A stretch of 64,000 nt of DNA from Moniliella sp. 'wahieum' (taxonomy: Eukaryota), in assembly GCA_003971905.1 (NCBI GenBank), contig RSEE01000001.1, forward strand, positions 1,550,001-1,614,000, in the 5' to 3' direction. The position numbers were made by a program, and so were the translations under genes. Shown piece by piece: positions 12,460-24,500 of this stretch; the stretch's first letter is position 1, and every line of letters begins with the position of its first letter. Below the pieces are notes generated by a model that did not search any database, had not been told where the DNA came from, and was given only the letters and a program-made list of their open reading frames with translations.

Positions 12460-13695
12460 GTCACTGCCCACCAACCAGCCCGTCGTCATCGACAACGGAG
12501 CAGGCACCATTAAGAGTGGTTTTGCTGGCTAGGAGCAGCCCAACTGTTTCTTCCCTTCCTTAGTTTGGTTTGTGGGCCGACCCAAGCACCCGCGCGTCAT
12601 GGTGGGCGGCATAGAGCGTGATGCGTGTTCGTTGGTTGTCGGGCAGAAGAGTTGCGCAGGCTGCACCAGGTCAGCTACCAAATGGAACATGACGTTTGAT
12701 GACCGACTGGGAAGACATGGAACACATTTCGGCCCGCATTGACGACGAGAAACTGAAGACGGTTTGTCGGAGGCATATACCGTGTTGCTCGCCCAGGCTC
12801 CGCTCAGTACTGAGAATCAGTACTCAGTACTCATCACTCAACCCACGCCAAACCTGCGAGGTTGCAGCCCAAGTGCTTTTCAAACCGGTCAACGTACCTG
12901 CGGTCTTTACCTCCATCCAAGCCGTCTTGACCCTCTACTCTCGATAGGCCGCGCTACCGGTTTAGTTCTCGATGCGGGCGATGAGATAGCCTATGTCGTA
13001 CCTGTGTTCGAGGGCTTCTTGATGCCCCGCGCTATGCGCAGGATCGACATGGCCAGGAGGGATGTGGTGGAGCAGATACCAATGCAAGACTCCACAGGGT
13101 ACGGACCAAGAGCCTCTGCAGCTCTCGGCAAAGCAGGTTGTGATGCAACAGATCAAAGAACAGTGTGGATATACCCCCTCTCAACCAGGCCAATGCAGAA
13201 ACCAATGTAGGCACTTCGCACGAAACCCAAGAATTCAAACTCCCAGATGGAAACAGCGCCAAGGTGCATGGTATCCTTCCCCCTGAGGGACGGGGAGAGG
13301 AGTGGGGTGGGGCGAGGGATGACGCTGAGCGCTACCGTGGTACCCGGTACCCGGTGACGGTACCTGTTGCGTAGCTCGGGCCCGAACCCTTTTCCGTGGA
13401 GATCCTGTTCAACCCGGACCTGGTCGGGCTCCCGTACCTAGTTATTGTTCACCAGGCGGTGTACAACAGAGTGTCCTCCGTGTCAACCTGGACTTGCGAC
13501 GGGACTTGTAAACCAACATTGTCCTTTCGCTTGGGACGACCTTGACCCGTTGGTTTGGCGAGCGACTCTTCCTTGAGATCCGTGCCCTGTTTGGTTGGGA
13601 CACCACACTCAAGATCTATGCCCTCCCTCATACTCGGCCTTGATTGGTGAACCGATCTTGGTGGGGGGCTCAGTAAGTTTCCCAAAATCAGGTTT
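12460..13695 (+). pseudogene. ARP1: Decayed actin-related protein 1 (centractin/dynactin) copy
   Basis: NQPVVIDNGAGTIKSGFAG, VGRPKHPRVM, TDWEDME, FNVPA-like VNVPAVFTSIQAVLTLY, GLVLDAGD, FKLPDGN, EILFNPDLVG, NIVLS. In-frame stops at 12530..12532 (TAG) and 13509..13511 (TAA), many substitutions at conserved residues, a 34-bp insertion, and a retained intron at 13264..13374. Confidence 0.85.
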
Positions 13696-14350
13696 TGTTG
13701 TTGTTGTTTCTTCTTGTCTTGTTGGCTCGTTTAGCTGCTGGCTGGGCTTGGGTTGGATGTCCAGCCCCAGAGTATTACACAGAGCCATATAAGTACAGAG
13801 TGCTACCCATGGCCGCGACTTTGCTCGGCAGTGGAAAACGATTAGGCCCGGTGCTTGTAGATGCGCATGCCCACTTGAACATGCCCATCTCCTGATGGCT
13901 AACCTATCCCCCACTGACTTGCTCCCCAGCCCATCCTGGACCAACACGTACCCGCTTTTCGCACGTCCCTTTTGGCAGGTAGGTTGGCTCTTGTTGGTCC
14001 CTAAGAGAACAGGCAACTGGTTGGTACAAAGAAGCTTGAATGAATCTTGAAGGGTGGTGGGAAGAGGGTGGGGGGAAGGGATGGAAGAGGACACAGCAAA
14101 AAGTCAAGGATGTATGGATGTTGCTGTAGCCTAAAAGCGTGTGCAAAACACGGAACACAACAGTGATATGCAACTTGTTCTTGTAACATGTAACGGGTTA
14201 GTTGTGAACGTGTTGAGCGCACGCTGAGCCAGTAACGTGTTCGGAGTCCGCGCGCGCGGTTGCGATTGCGGAGAAAGCGTTTGAGAAGAACACTCGGTTT
14301 GGGTAGTGCTTGCTGCTGTTGGTGCTGAGATGGTGAGTAATTGTTAGGGG

Positions 14351-14398
14351 TGTCACATGTCACATGTCACATGTCACATGTCAGGCATGTCACATGTC
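14351..14398. repeat. (TGTCACA)n heptamer array
   Basis: Four perfect copies plus partial copies, followed by AAGCTTC and TGACGCG units. Confidence 0.9.
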
Positions 14399-15169
14399 AA
14401 GCTTCAAGCTCTTCAGCATGTTGATGCGCGTGACGCGTGACGCGCGCTGGTGGCGCACTGAGGTGCTGAGCTCAGCTGAGCGCCGGCGCTGATGCACTGA
14501 TGGCGCTGTTGATACACGGAGGTGATGTTGAGCTACTGAGTAACGAGTACCTGAGGCCTTGGCTCTGGCCTCAAGACGAGTGTACGCAGGCACTGGGGTT
14601 CTGTGTGCTCGGGTGGCTGCGTGTCGGGAGTGGCCGGAGGGTGTAGGGTCCAAGAAGGGTCCGGTGGCCTTGCCTGCAAACGCGGCTCCGTTAGCAGTGC
14701 CCTGGCGTGCCCGCGCGTGCCGTTGCGCCGGCTTGCTTGTTCTGCAATCTGATTAAATCGCCAAAAATCAAATGTAGGAGGGTCTCGAAGGGTCTCCATC
14801 CACCTGTGAAACCCATGAGATGCCCATTCCCCATCCCCGCCCAGACACATCCACGCCGGCCTAGCCACACGCGGACAACCATTCTCCATTAAATATTAAT
14901 CCCGGCTAAGCCGCCCAAGCCCCGACGCCCGGGATGCTCCGGCGGGGCGCTGGCAGGCAGGGCAGGCATGCGCCTCTGCCGTACAAACATCAACATAGCT
15001 GAGCTGAACCTGTGAGAACCAGACCAAAGGTATAGTAGTGCACGCATGACATTCGACGAAGAAGGGAAGAAATAAGAAACGCCCCTCTCTTTGACCTTGA
15101 ACTGCATCTTCTTCTTACCCATCCCATCAGAGCTTTCACCACAGCGCTGCCACGACTCCTGTCCAGACC

Positions 15170-16428
15170 ATGTCCATCAGCTCCTCTACCGACGCCGTCT
15201 ACCATGAGCTGCGGCCGGACGCCAACCCTGTCCGGAAGATTCCTGGCGACAAGGACCCGCTCACCACAGCCGAAGGTTTTGCTGTGGGCTCGGCTGCGGC
15301 TGTGACGGCGGTGCTGGCGACAAACCCGATGGGTAAGCCCTGCAACTCCACCCGCGTCGCACCATTCTTGATTCGGCCTATTAGGCTAACCTTCTTTCTT
15401 GACAGAGGTGGCCAAGACTCGGATGCAGTTGCAAGGTGAGCTGCAAAAGGCGACTACGACGGATGGCAAGCCGGTCTCCAAGCTCTTTCATAACTTTGTC
15501 GACTGCCTTCGAAAGACGTACCGCGGTGAAGGTGTGCGTGGACTGCAACGTGGTCTAGGTGTGGCGGCGGTCTACCAAGTCGCCATGAACGGGGCACGCT
15601 TGGGCACGTACGAACCACTGAGGCAAACGTTCAACTCTCTCTTTGGTCTTCCACGGGAAGAAATGTATGCCTCGACATCCCTGCTGGCCGGTGCTGCGTC
15701 CGGCGCGTTTGGCGCCACGACGGGTCACCCCTTTTACTTGGTCAAGGCGCGTATGCAGGCTTACTCCCCCGTGTATATTGGCAAGCAGAAACGGCACTAC
15801 AAGAATGGATGGGACGGGCTCCGGACGATTGTCCGTCTGGATGGATTTTCGGGTTTGGCTCGGGGTGTTACGTCCAACATCCTTCGCACCGCGTCGGGAA
15901 GTACAGTGCAGCTTCCGTCGTATCACTGGGCCAAAACTCATATCGCTGCTCTTGACCCTCACTCGAACCCGTACAACCCGCTCACCCTGTTGGCCGGGGA
16001 CAAGCACCCGTTCCTTACGCTACTGACTTGCTCTGCGTTCGCAGGCGCTGTGGTGCTCGTTGTGATGCAGCCTATGGATGTAGTTTTGACTCGGGTCACC
16101 AACCAGCCCACCCACGTTGATCCCTCCACTGGTAGGCGGGTCGGGTCACTGTACAGTGGCCCGATCGACGCGTTGAGCAAGATTGCCAAAGCCGAAGGGT
16201 TCCGTGGGTACTACAAGGGCTCAGCAGCTCACTTTTTCCGGATTGCGCCTCATACCATTTTGACACTCAGTCTGAATGACGTGTACTTGGTACGTTCTTC
16301 CCTCTTGTGCTGCTCTACAGGAGCGAGCAAAGCGGCTAACGTTACCCGGTGGATGTGGTGGGTAGTCATCCTACAAGCTGGCCAAAGCCGACTTGAAAGC
16401 GTTCAAGGATACGAAAACAGTGGCTTAA
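15170..16428 (+). CDS. OAC1: Mitochondrial oxaloacetate/sulfate carrier
   Basis: Three PX[DE]XX[KR]X[KR]-type carrier signatures (PM|EVAKTRMQLQGEL, PFYLVKARMQAYSP, PMDVVLTRV) and YKG..AHFFRIAPHT. Introns 15333..15405 and 16290..16365; the spliced frame ends at TAA 16426..16428. Confidence 0.9.
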
Positions 16429-17036
16429 ATGTCTGTGCTGCTATACCGTACGTGTTTTGCATGTTCTACTGTCTCTTCTCACTGGATTTGTTGTTCGAGG
16501 CGGGAATGGAGCGCTATGGTATACCCCATTTTTGCCATGTATATCGATGCATCGTGCATCGTATTAGTATAGCTAGACAGCTGTATGCTGCGTTGAGAAG
16601 AAAAGTTTACCCCAAGAAGTGAGGAGCGTCGTACGGATGAAGGACATGTTCACTTGTGCCAACGTAAGGGTGAGGTGCTGCTCATCCATGTGAATTGGAA
16701 GTGGGAGTGGGATGGGCTTGCATTGCGATGACTGCCCTAGGCAACCGAGGTCTTCCGTTGAGGTACTATAAACCCAGGCGAGGGCAGGAGCACATTTTTG
16801 CACAGACGCGACGCGGAAGGGCAGATTGGCTGCTTGCATGAAATTTCATTAATTTCATTAGGCGCCACCGCGAGGCGCCGGTGCTGACATAAGAGACGGT
16901 TGAGATTACAAATGGCCCTCCATCGGCCATCCCAGTGGATCTGAAGGTTAAGTCACCGCAAAGGCAGCTCCACCGTCGTGGTTGTGTCTGCTGCCGGCGT
17001 TTGCGTCTCCTCTCCTCTGCCCTCGTCACATCTGCC

Positions 17037-17883
17037 ATGCCTGCATTGCGTCTTGCTTCCCCCTGCACCTTGCTGCGCTCAGCGGCGCTCCTTCCGCGCT
17101 TGTCTGCCGCGGCGGTGCCTTGCCTGCGCGTGCCCTCAGCACCAGCCCAGCGCTCCGTTCCGACCACCTTTTTGTCCATCGCGACTCGCCCATCAACAAC
17201 CCCAGCATCCCTTTGAATTTGACGATGCCCACATGGCCAAGGCCCAGGAGGTCATCTCCCGCTACCCCCCCCAGTACAAGAAGGCCGCTGTCATCCCCGT
17301 GCTCGACTTGGCGCAGCGCCAGAACAGGGGGGTGGACAAGCATCAGCTGCATGAACTATGTGGCCAAGTTGCTCGACATGCCCCCGATGCGCGTGTACGA
17401 GGTCGCCACATTCTACACCATGTTCAACCGCGATCCTGTCGGCAAGTTCTTCCTCCAGCTTTGCACCACCACCCCTTGCATGCTCGGCGGCGTGGGCAGC
17501 ACTGCGATCCTCGAGGCGATCGTTAAGCACTTGGGCATCCAACCGGGTCAGACGACTGAAGACAAGGTGTTTACCTTGGTTGAGGTGGAGTGCCTCGGTG
17601 CTTGCTCCAACGCGCCCATGATCCAGATCAACGACGACTTTTACGAAGACTTGACCCCTGAGACAGTCGTCAAGCTCCTTGATGACCTCAAGGCGGGAAA
17701 ACCCGTCAAGGAGGGCCCTCTGAACGGCCGTATTAGCGCAGAACCCCTCAACAACCAAAGACGCTCACTACCGAGGTGCGTAGGTTCTACTTTTTGTTTT
17801 GCCTTTTGCTGATTTTTTTTCTTTCCCTCTCTCGCACACAGCCTTATGGTCCAGGTGACTTTTGCCGTCCAGAGTTTGCGTAG
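17037..17883 (+). CDS. NDUFV2: NADH:ubiquinone oxidoreductase 24 kDa subunit (complex I, 2Fe-2S)
   Basis: [80 protein letters not shown]. Intron 17776..17841. Confidence 0.95.
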
Positions 17884-17994
17884 GCCAGGGCGAGGGGAGA
17901 GGCGCACTGCATGGTATTGCTCCACTTGCCAAGGTAAAATGAAACGAGGAAGAGAACAGAAGAGTCAAAGGTCACAAGGAGAGGTTGTTGTAGC

Positions 17995-19348
17995 CTAACT
18001 CTCATACAGCACGATTTGGTCCGTAATGTAGTCCGAGTCGGCATAGCCCAGGATCTTGCTGATCTCAGACGTCTTAGAGCCTCGGATCCGGACACACTCC
18101 ATCGAAGTGTAGTTGACAATCCCACGACCCACCTCCTCATCAGACCAGGCCCCAGCCGCCTCGGAGCCAGGCACCAAAGGCCCATCGGGCGTCGGACCAC
18201 GCACCTGCTCCGAAACGGGCTTGCGGACCAAGATCCGAACCGCTTGCATCCGCTGGAAGTTGCCTTCCACAGCCACCACCCCAGCCGGCAGCAAACGTCC
18301 CCCCGAGTCGTGTCTCGTGATGGCGCGGTACGCACCGAGATCAACCACCACGCTCCCGGCAGGGTGGAGGGCATGGAGGATGCTCCATTTGCGCGAGGAC
18401 AAAGGCTCGGCTTGCGGGACAAAGATGGTGTGAGGCGGCAGATGGGATCGCGCAGCATTGTCCGCCTCAGCATGCGCTTCCTCTGCTTCCATTCGCAGCG
18501 AGGAAACGGAATCTGCCAAGGAAACTGACGGGCCGCACGAGCGGGCGAGGGGGAAGAGGAACTGGGCACCCCTTCTTTTACCACTGTCGCAATGTTCTCT
18601 GGGTGTTGGCCATTGATGATCACCGTTGCTACCCCGGCCGCAGTGGCCAGCTCAGCAGCAATCAGTTTGGTCTCCATCCCCCCGTACCAAAGGATGAGCC
18701 GGCGGACTTGACATTGACCAGTTTCCGTACCGCGGCCAAGTCATGTACGACGGCCAGTTTTCGTGCCGACGGGTCGGTTCGTGGGTTGCCCGTGTCCCAT
18801 CGACATCGGTCAGAAGGAAAAGGAAGTGGGCATCGACAAGACTGGCTGGGTGACAGCACTGAGGGTATCGTTATCGCCAAAGCGCAGCTCGGCCGTCGAC
18901 ACCGTATCGTTCTCATTCACAATTGGGATCACGTCGAGTTGGTGCAGGAGGGTCATGAGGGTGTTGCGAGCGTTGCGGAAGCGAACGCGGTCCGCCAAGT
19001 CGTTCTTGGTGATCAGGACCTGGGCCACCGTCATGTTGAGCGCACCAAAGAGCGAGCTCCACAAGGCCATCAGCCGACACTGGCCAACCGCAGCCAGCGC
19101 TTGCTTTCCCCGAGCGAGCGGGGCGGGCGACCAGCCATGTTCATCTGTACTTTGCCCACGCCGATGGCTCCGGAACAGACGAGGAGGACTTTGTGCCCGG
19201 CTTCGCGCAGCGCGCGACACGCCTCCACCAGCGCTGAGAGGGTGGCGAGACGGGTCATGTAGGTGGCCTCGTTGAGGATGGAGGAGGTGCCGAGCTTGAT
19301 GACGACCTGGGCATGGGGCTTGTCCTTCTCGGGGAGCGTGGCAGTCAT
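17995..19348 (-). CDS. PRO1: Glutamate 5-kinase with PUA domain
   Basis: [79 protein letters not shown] region [13 protein letters not shown]...[11 protein letters not shown]. Confidence 0.95.
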
Positions 19349-19687
19349 GATGGGGGGGGGGTGCGTGGGAGGGAGGCTGGGGACGAATGCGCTTGCCTGA
19401 CTGGACCTGCGCAGGGGGTGACGGTGACACGGGCTGGACGGAGCGGCGCGGAGAAGAAGGGGGGCCGAGTCAAATTTACTGCCACGTTAAAGTGGACGGA
19501 CGATGGGTTTTTGAAACTGGCAATGGCGGCTGCGGCCGGTTGCGTCAATAATGCCTCACCTCAGGCCTCAGTAGCTGAATATTCAGTCTCGCCAGCCACT
19601 CCATCCCAGTCGGCGGGCGCAGGGCGGAACGCGGCGCGCAGCTGGTTCCGCGCGGCGATCCCACCCAATTAGCTTAGCAGGCCCAGC

Positions 19688-22309
19688 ATGCCACCACACC
19701 GGCCCAGCGCCCGCGCATCAGCACCACAGCCCGCCGCATCCACCCGCCTGCCCTCCATGCCCTCGTCGTCTGGCCCGCCTGGGCGATCCAGGCGCTGCAG
19801 GACTGCCGTCGTCCAGCGCGCAGCAGCGCTCGCCGCTATGGCCATCCTCGCTGCCGCCACTCTCGTTGCTGCCGGCGGAGGAGGCAACGGCGCACCCGTC
19901 GTGCTGCCCACCCCGACACCCGCCCCCCCTCCCTTCCTCCTCGAGCACCGCCAGCCCCTCCTCCCCACTGCCCAGTGCCACCAACGGCAGCCAAGGCAGC
20001 GCTGAGCCGCCGCCGCCTGAGGCAGAGCAGACCGAGCGCTTCTCTCCTTGGCTCTCTTCCTCGTCCTCGCCCTGCTCATCTTGTCGTTCTGGACAAGCTA
20101 CTACCTCAAGGTCCGTAAGATCACCGCCGTGCACGAAACCATCGTTGGCCTGTTTGCCGGCATGTTTGTCGGGTGCATCCTTCGCCTGACGCCTGGAGAC
20201 CAAGTACAAAATATGCTGTCCTTTTCCAACACCATCATGCTCAACGTCCTCCTCCCGCCTATTATCCTTGCATCAGGCTACGACCTGCGCCAAGGCAACT
20301 TCTTCCGCAATTTTGCAGTCATCCTCGCCTTCGCCTTTGCCGGCACATTCATCTCGGCTGTCGTGGTAGGCGTGATTGTGTGGGCATGGTCCCTGTTGCG
20401 TCTTGAGCACCTGCCTCTCACCCTTCTTGACTGCCTCATTTTTGGTTCGACTCTCAGCGCGACCGACCCAGTGACCATCCTGGCCATCTTCAAGTCCTAC
20501 AAGGTCGATCCCCAGCTCTACTCGGTCATTTTTGGCGAATCGATCTTGAACGATGCCGTGTCGATTGTGATGTTTGACACACTTTCCAAATTCCGAGGCA
20601 AGGAGATCATGCTCAGCTCCGTCTTCCATGGCTTTGGCTTGTTCATCATCATCTTTACTCTTTCGATGCTTTTGGGTGTCTGTTTTGGCCTGGCGTGCAG
20701 CTTGATGCTCAAGCACTCCAATTTGGCCCTCTACCCCGAACTGGAGAGCTGCCTGGTAATCCTTATCGCCTACACCTCTTACTTCTTTTCCAACTCGGTG
20801 ACCATGTCCGGTATCGTCTCGCTTCTCTTTTGCGGTATCACTCTCAAACATTATGCCTACCACAACATGTCCGCCGCTCCCAAAAAACAACCAAGTACAC
20901 ACTTCAGACCATGGCCAGCGTACGTTGCCCCAGCTCCCTTGTCTGCACTCCATGTACTTTTATTATTGTCATGGCATTGAGCATTGACTGACCATTCCCT
21001 TCAAGTTATCCGAGAACTTTATCTTCATCTACCTTGGTCTGTCCCTCTTCACTCAGGCCGAGTTGGTTTACAAGCCCCTATTTATCATTATCACCGTCGT
21101 TGCCGTCGTGTGTGTCGCGCTACTGCGCCGTGTTCCCCATTGCCAATGTGGTTAACTTTGTACGCCGACACCGGCGGGCACCACGCCTCGTCCCTCCCGT
21201 CCCTCACCACATCCTCCGGGGACAAGGAGGAGTTGCCACGCGAGTACCAGATTATGCTCTTTTGGGCTGGCCTGCGCGGGGCCGTCGGGTTTGCCCTATC
21301 GGCTGGGATTGAGGGAGAACATGCGGTGGCACTGCAGACCACGGTGCTGGTTACGGTCGTATTGACAGTCATCATCTTTGGTGGTACGACGGCACAAATG
21401 TTGGAGATCTTGGGGATTCGGATGGGCGTGACGGACGACGAAGATGCCGATTCGGACGACGAGCAACCTGTTTTGCCCGGTACGGGATCGACGGTGCGCT
21501 TGGCTTCGGTTTCGGGGCCCCCACTCCGTCGACGCCGTTCTCGCAACGGATTGCGCCACAGTGGCTCGTACCACGATGATGAGGGCGAACAGTTGCTCAA
21601 TGAAGCTTCGCCTGCCTCGTCCAGCGCGCAGGGCGACGAGGGCGACCCACCCCGCCTCCCTCTTACCCCCCCGGACCCGATGTGGACGACCAAGAAGTTT
21701 TGCCTGGAAGGGATACGGCCGTAGTACGCTCCCCTCACAGCCGACACAATTCCTTCCTTGCTACTACGGCCGCCATGCTGCATGGCGGCGAGGACGATGC
21801 GTGGGGTCCCCCGAAAGCGAAGGTCAAGGCCAAGCCGAAGCCGAAGCTCAAGGGCCATCGGCCTTGGACTTGACTGAGGCCCGGTCGGGCGGCGCAACAG
21901 CCCGTCACCTCATCGACCGCGCTGGCCTCATCTTCCGTGACGGCCAATGGTTCCAAAAATCGACGAACGATACCTCTTGCCCATGTTTGGCAACTCGGTT
22001 GCTCAGCGTAGAGCAGAGGACGACAGGGCACGCCGCGTGGCCAGTGCCAGTGCCAGTGCCAATGCCAATGCCACTGACACGTCCCGCAGTTCCACGCCCC
22101 GACCAAGTTCCAGCAGCCGCGGGGCCACCCGTTGGCTCTCCGAACCTGAGGGACCACTGGCCTCGGAACCGGACGCCCAGGACGCAGAAGAGGAGGAGGA
22201 GGAGGCGAGGGGGGGACCGAAGCTCCACTCAAGTTGCTGGGCAAGACGCCTTGGCCTTAAGATGCGTGTGGGCGCGGAGCGCGTTTGCACGCTCCCAGGT
22301 AGGTGCTGA
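19688..22309 (+). CDS. NHX1: Endosomal/vacuolar Na+(K+)/H+ exchanger (CPA1)
   Basis: LLPPIILASGY, FGSTLSATDPVTILAIF, IFGESILNDAVSIV, SGIVSLLFCGITLKHYAY, MLFWAGLRGAVGFALS. Intron ~20920..21005. Both termini are uncertain because of frameshifts. Confidence 0.93.
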
Positions 22310-23374
22310 TGTGCCCGCAGCGCCCTAGTAGCACTTGTCGCCGTTCTGTCGTTCGTTTGCCCTGGGGCTGCCGTAATGGATCGGTTGGTCGGGTTCGGGT
22401 TCGGATTCTGGTTCGGGTTCGGGGCCGGTCTGCTTGGACTGCCTGCGGGCTCGGAGGGAGTTTCCCATGCATGCCTTGTTTGTGTTTGGCCCTTCAACGT
22501 CCACACGGTATGCAGCGGGACCGTTGCTTGGGTTTTGTGTGTGGCACGATTCCCACGCCGTATGGTACCGTATGGTACCCTATCGTGGTCGTGTCAACGG
22601 CAGAGGGCCCACCGACGGCCCCCGTGGAGGGTAGTATTGGACATTTTCCCTTCGAGGTACGCGGCGAGACCACCAGCGCAGTAATGCTTACCACCGGAGA
22701 CCTGATGCCTGTAGTAGTCATGCGTAGTTGTAGACGGGAGATGTGGGTGGAGTTGGGTTGCTGTGCACAGGCGCTCCTGTTGGAGGAAACTGTGGGATCG
22801 TACAACACAAAACGAGATGCCCGATGGCCCGACATGTGCTCCGATGAGCGGGTCGGTTTAGGCCTTAATAGGTGCACCGTTTCCCTGTCCCAGCCTTAAG
22901 CTCTGTCCATGATATGGCTACGGGATAGAGAGAGCCTTAACTGGGCATCGTGCTCCATATGGATTTCCGAAATACCGAGACGCGCGGTGTCCACAGCACC
23001 TCCTCTGTCCCCATTGCTGCGGCGAAGGGGATCGGGTGGGTGGGTGGGTGGGTGGGGGGTTCGTGTGTGCACCCACAGACGCAGGTTGTGGATAGGTTCT
23101 TCGCGGCACAAACCAGGGCGTTGCATCGCAATTAAACAACGACGACGGAGTGTGCTCTAACACGCAGCACCTCTTTCAACATTTCAGCCACTGCGCCCGA
23201 GCCAATTGCGATGCCACCCACGGTGGGCTCGGCGACAAGCGGCACGCATGTAGGATGGAACCAAACCACCCTCCTTCTCCTCCTCCTCCTTAGGTCGCCA
23301 CCATCCGCTCCGCTCTACCCAGGCCCCTTGCCACCCCCAACTCCTCACCCACCCGAGGCGAATCCCACTTCCCG

Positions 23375-23925
23375 ATGTCTTCTGGAGACCCCTCGGGGTG
23401 TGCAGAGTGGCTTTTCCCTCCCTACCGTCTTCGCTCTGGCCAAGCCGGCGCTCGTCGTTGCTGTACCTCGCGGGCGCTTGCTTCGCACTCGGGTGGTGGA
23501 TTTTCTTGGACGCATGCATCACCAGTTCCGGTCGTGTACGGCACGGGTTGCCGGACGGAAAGGTTCCGCCGGTGCGTATCTCCTTTGTCGATTGGGTACC
23601 TGGTGTGCTGGGCCTGCTGGGCCTGGTTGGGATCAGTGCGTTGGACAAGACCATTCTGAGGGACGGGGACGAGTGGGGTGGGTCGGAGGCGCGTGAGGTG
23701 GCATGCGCCCGCGTTGGCTTGTTCTTGGCCTTGACCCTCCTCGCTTCCGACCTCGCCGGCAGCATCGCTGTGTTGGTCGTCAAGTACCTCGTCCCTGCCT
23801 GGGAGGGGTACGAGGGGTACGGCGTGGCCAACTTGGGCCAAGCGATGGGCGTGTTGTTGGCGAGTGGGCTGGTCTGGATAGCGACGAGCGTGTCGGACGA
23901 GACAACGTACACACTGCGGATTTGA
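23375..23925 (+). CDS. VPS68: Vacuolar protein sorting Vps68 / UPF0220 membrane protein
   Basis: YLAGACFALGWWIFLDA, ISFVDWVPG, GISALDK, LAGSIAVLVVKY, YGVAN; four TM segments. Frameshift just after MSSGDP. Confidence 0.8.
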
Positions 23926-24500
23926 GGTGGTGTACCATAAGCCGCCTGCTAACACTTCCCTCCCCCCCGCGAACAGCGAGGAGGAGGTGACAGAGGCGGA
24001 GGCAGATGCGCCCGGCGGATCGAAGCAGCTGAGTGTGTTGTAAGCAGCAGGAAGCCTATGTCCTCCCCGCTCCTTCCATGGCTGCCCAGCGAGGCCACGG
24101 TCTAGCGACGGGGGCGGCCGCCACTGCGACTAGCGAGTGCGGGACGTAGCCCTGCGAAGAGGCGGCAGCGGGCAGGGGAAGAGAGCAAAGAGCAGCAGGC
24201 AACCCTACCCGGGTGCAGCACGGGGCAGTGGTGGACAGCGCAGCCAGTGGAGAGTGCCATGACAGCGACTAGTACTAGTATAGCGAGCGACGGCTGATGC
24301 TACCGGTGAGCTGGCGGCCAGCCTTCGGGCCGGCGCTGTTCGGACTGGACTGGGAGCCGCGGAGGGGGGCGGCAGACGCCATCACTGCGCTGCGCCTGGC
24401 CGCCTGCCGCTTGAAGCTTGCCGCTTGAAGCTTGCCGCTTGACTTGCCCCCGGCCTGGTCCGCTCGCGTGCCCCCGACCAGACGCCCCGCCTCCGGCAGC

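Noticed and set aside
13335..13365. (GGTACCC)x2 heptamer in the ARP1 intron as a member of the TNA grammar
   Set aside because: It is a palindrome+1 unit, but the junction is CCG rather than TNA. Recorded as an exception and not counted as support.
15170..19348. OAC1-NDUFV2-PRO1 as a metabolic gene cluster
   Set aside because: These are unrelated housekeeping functions, and adjacency is expected in a compact genome.
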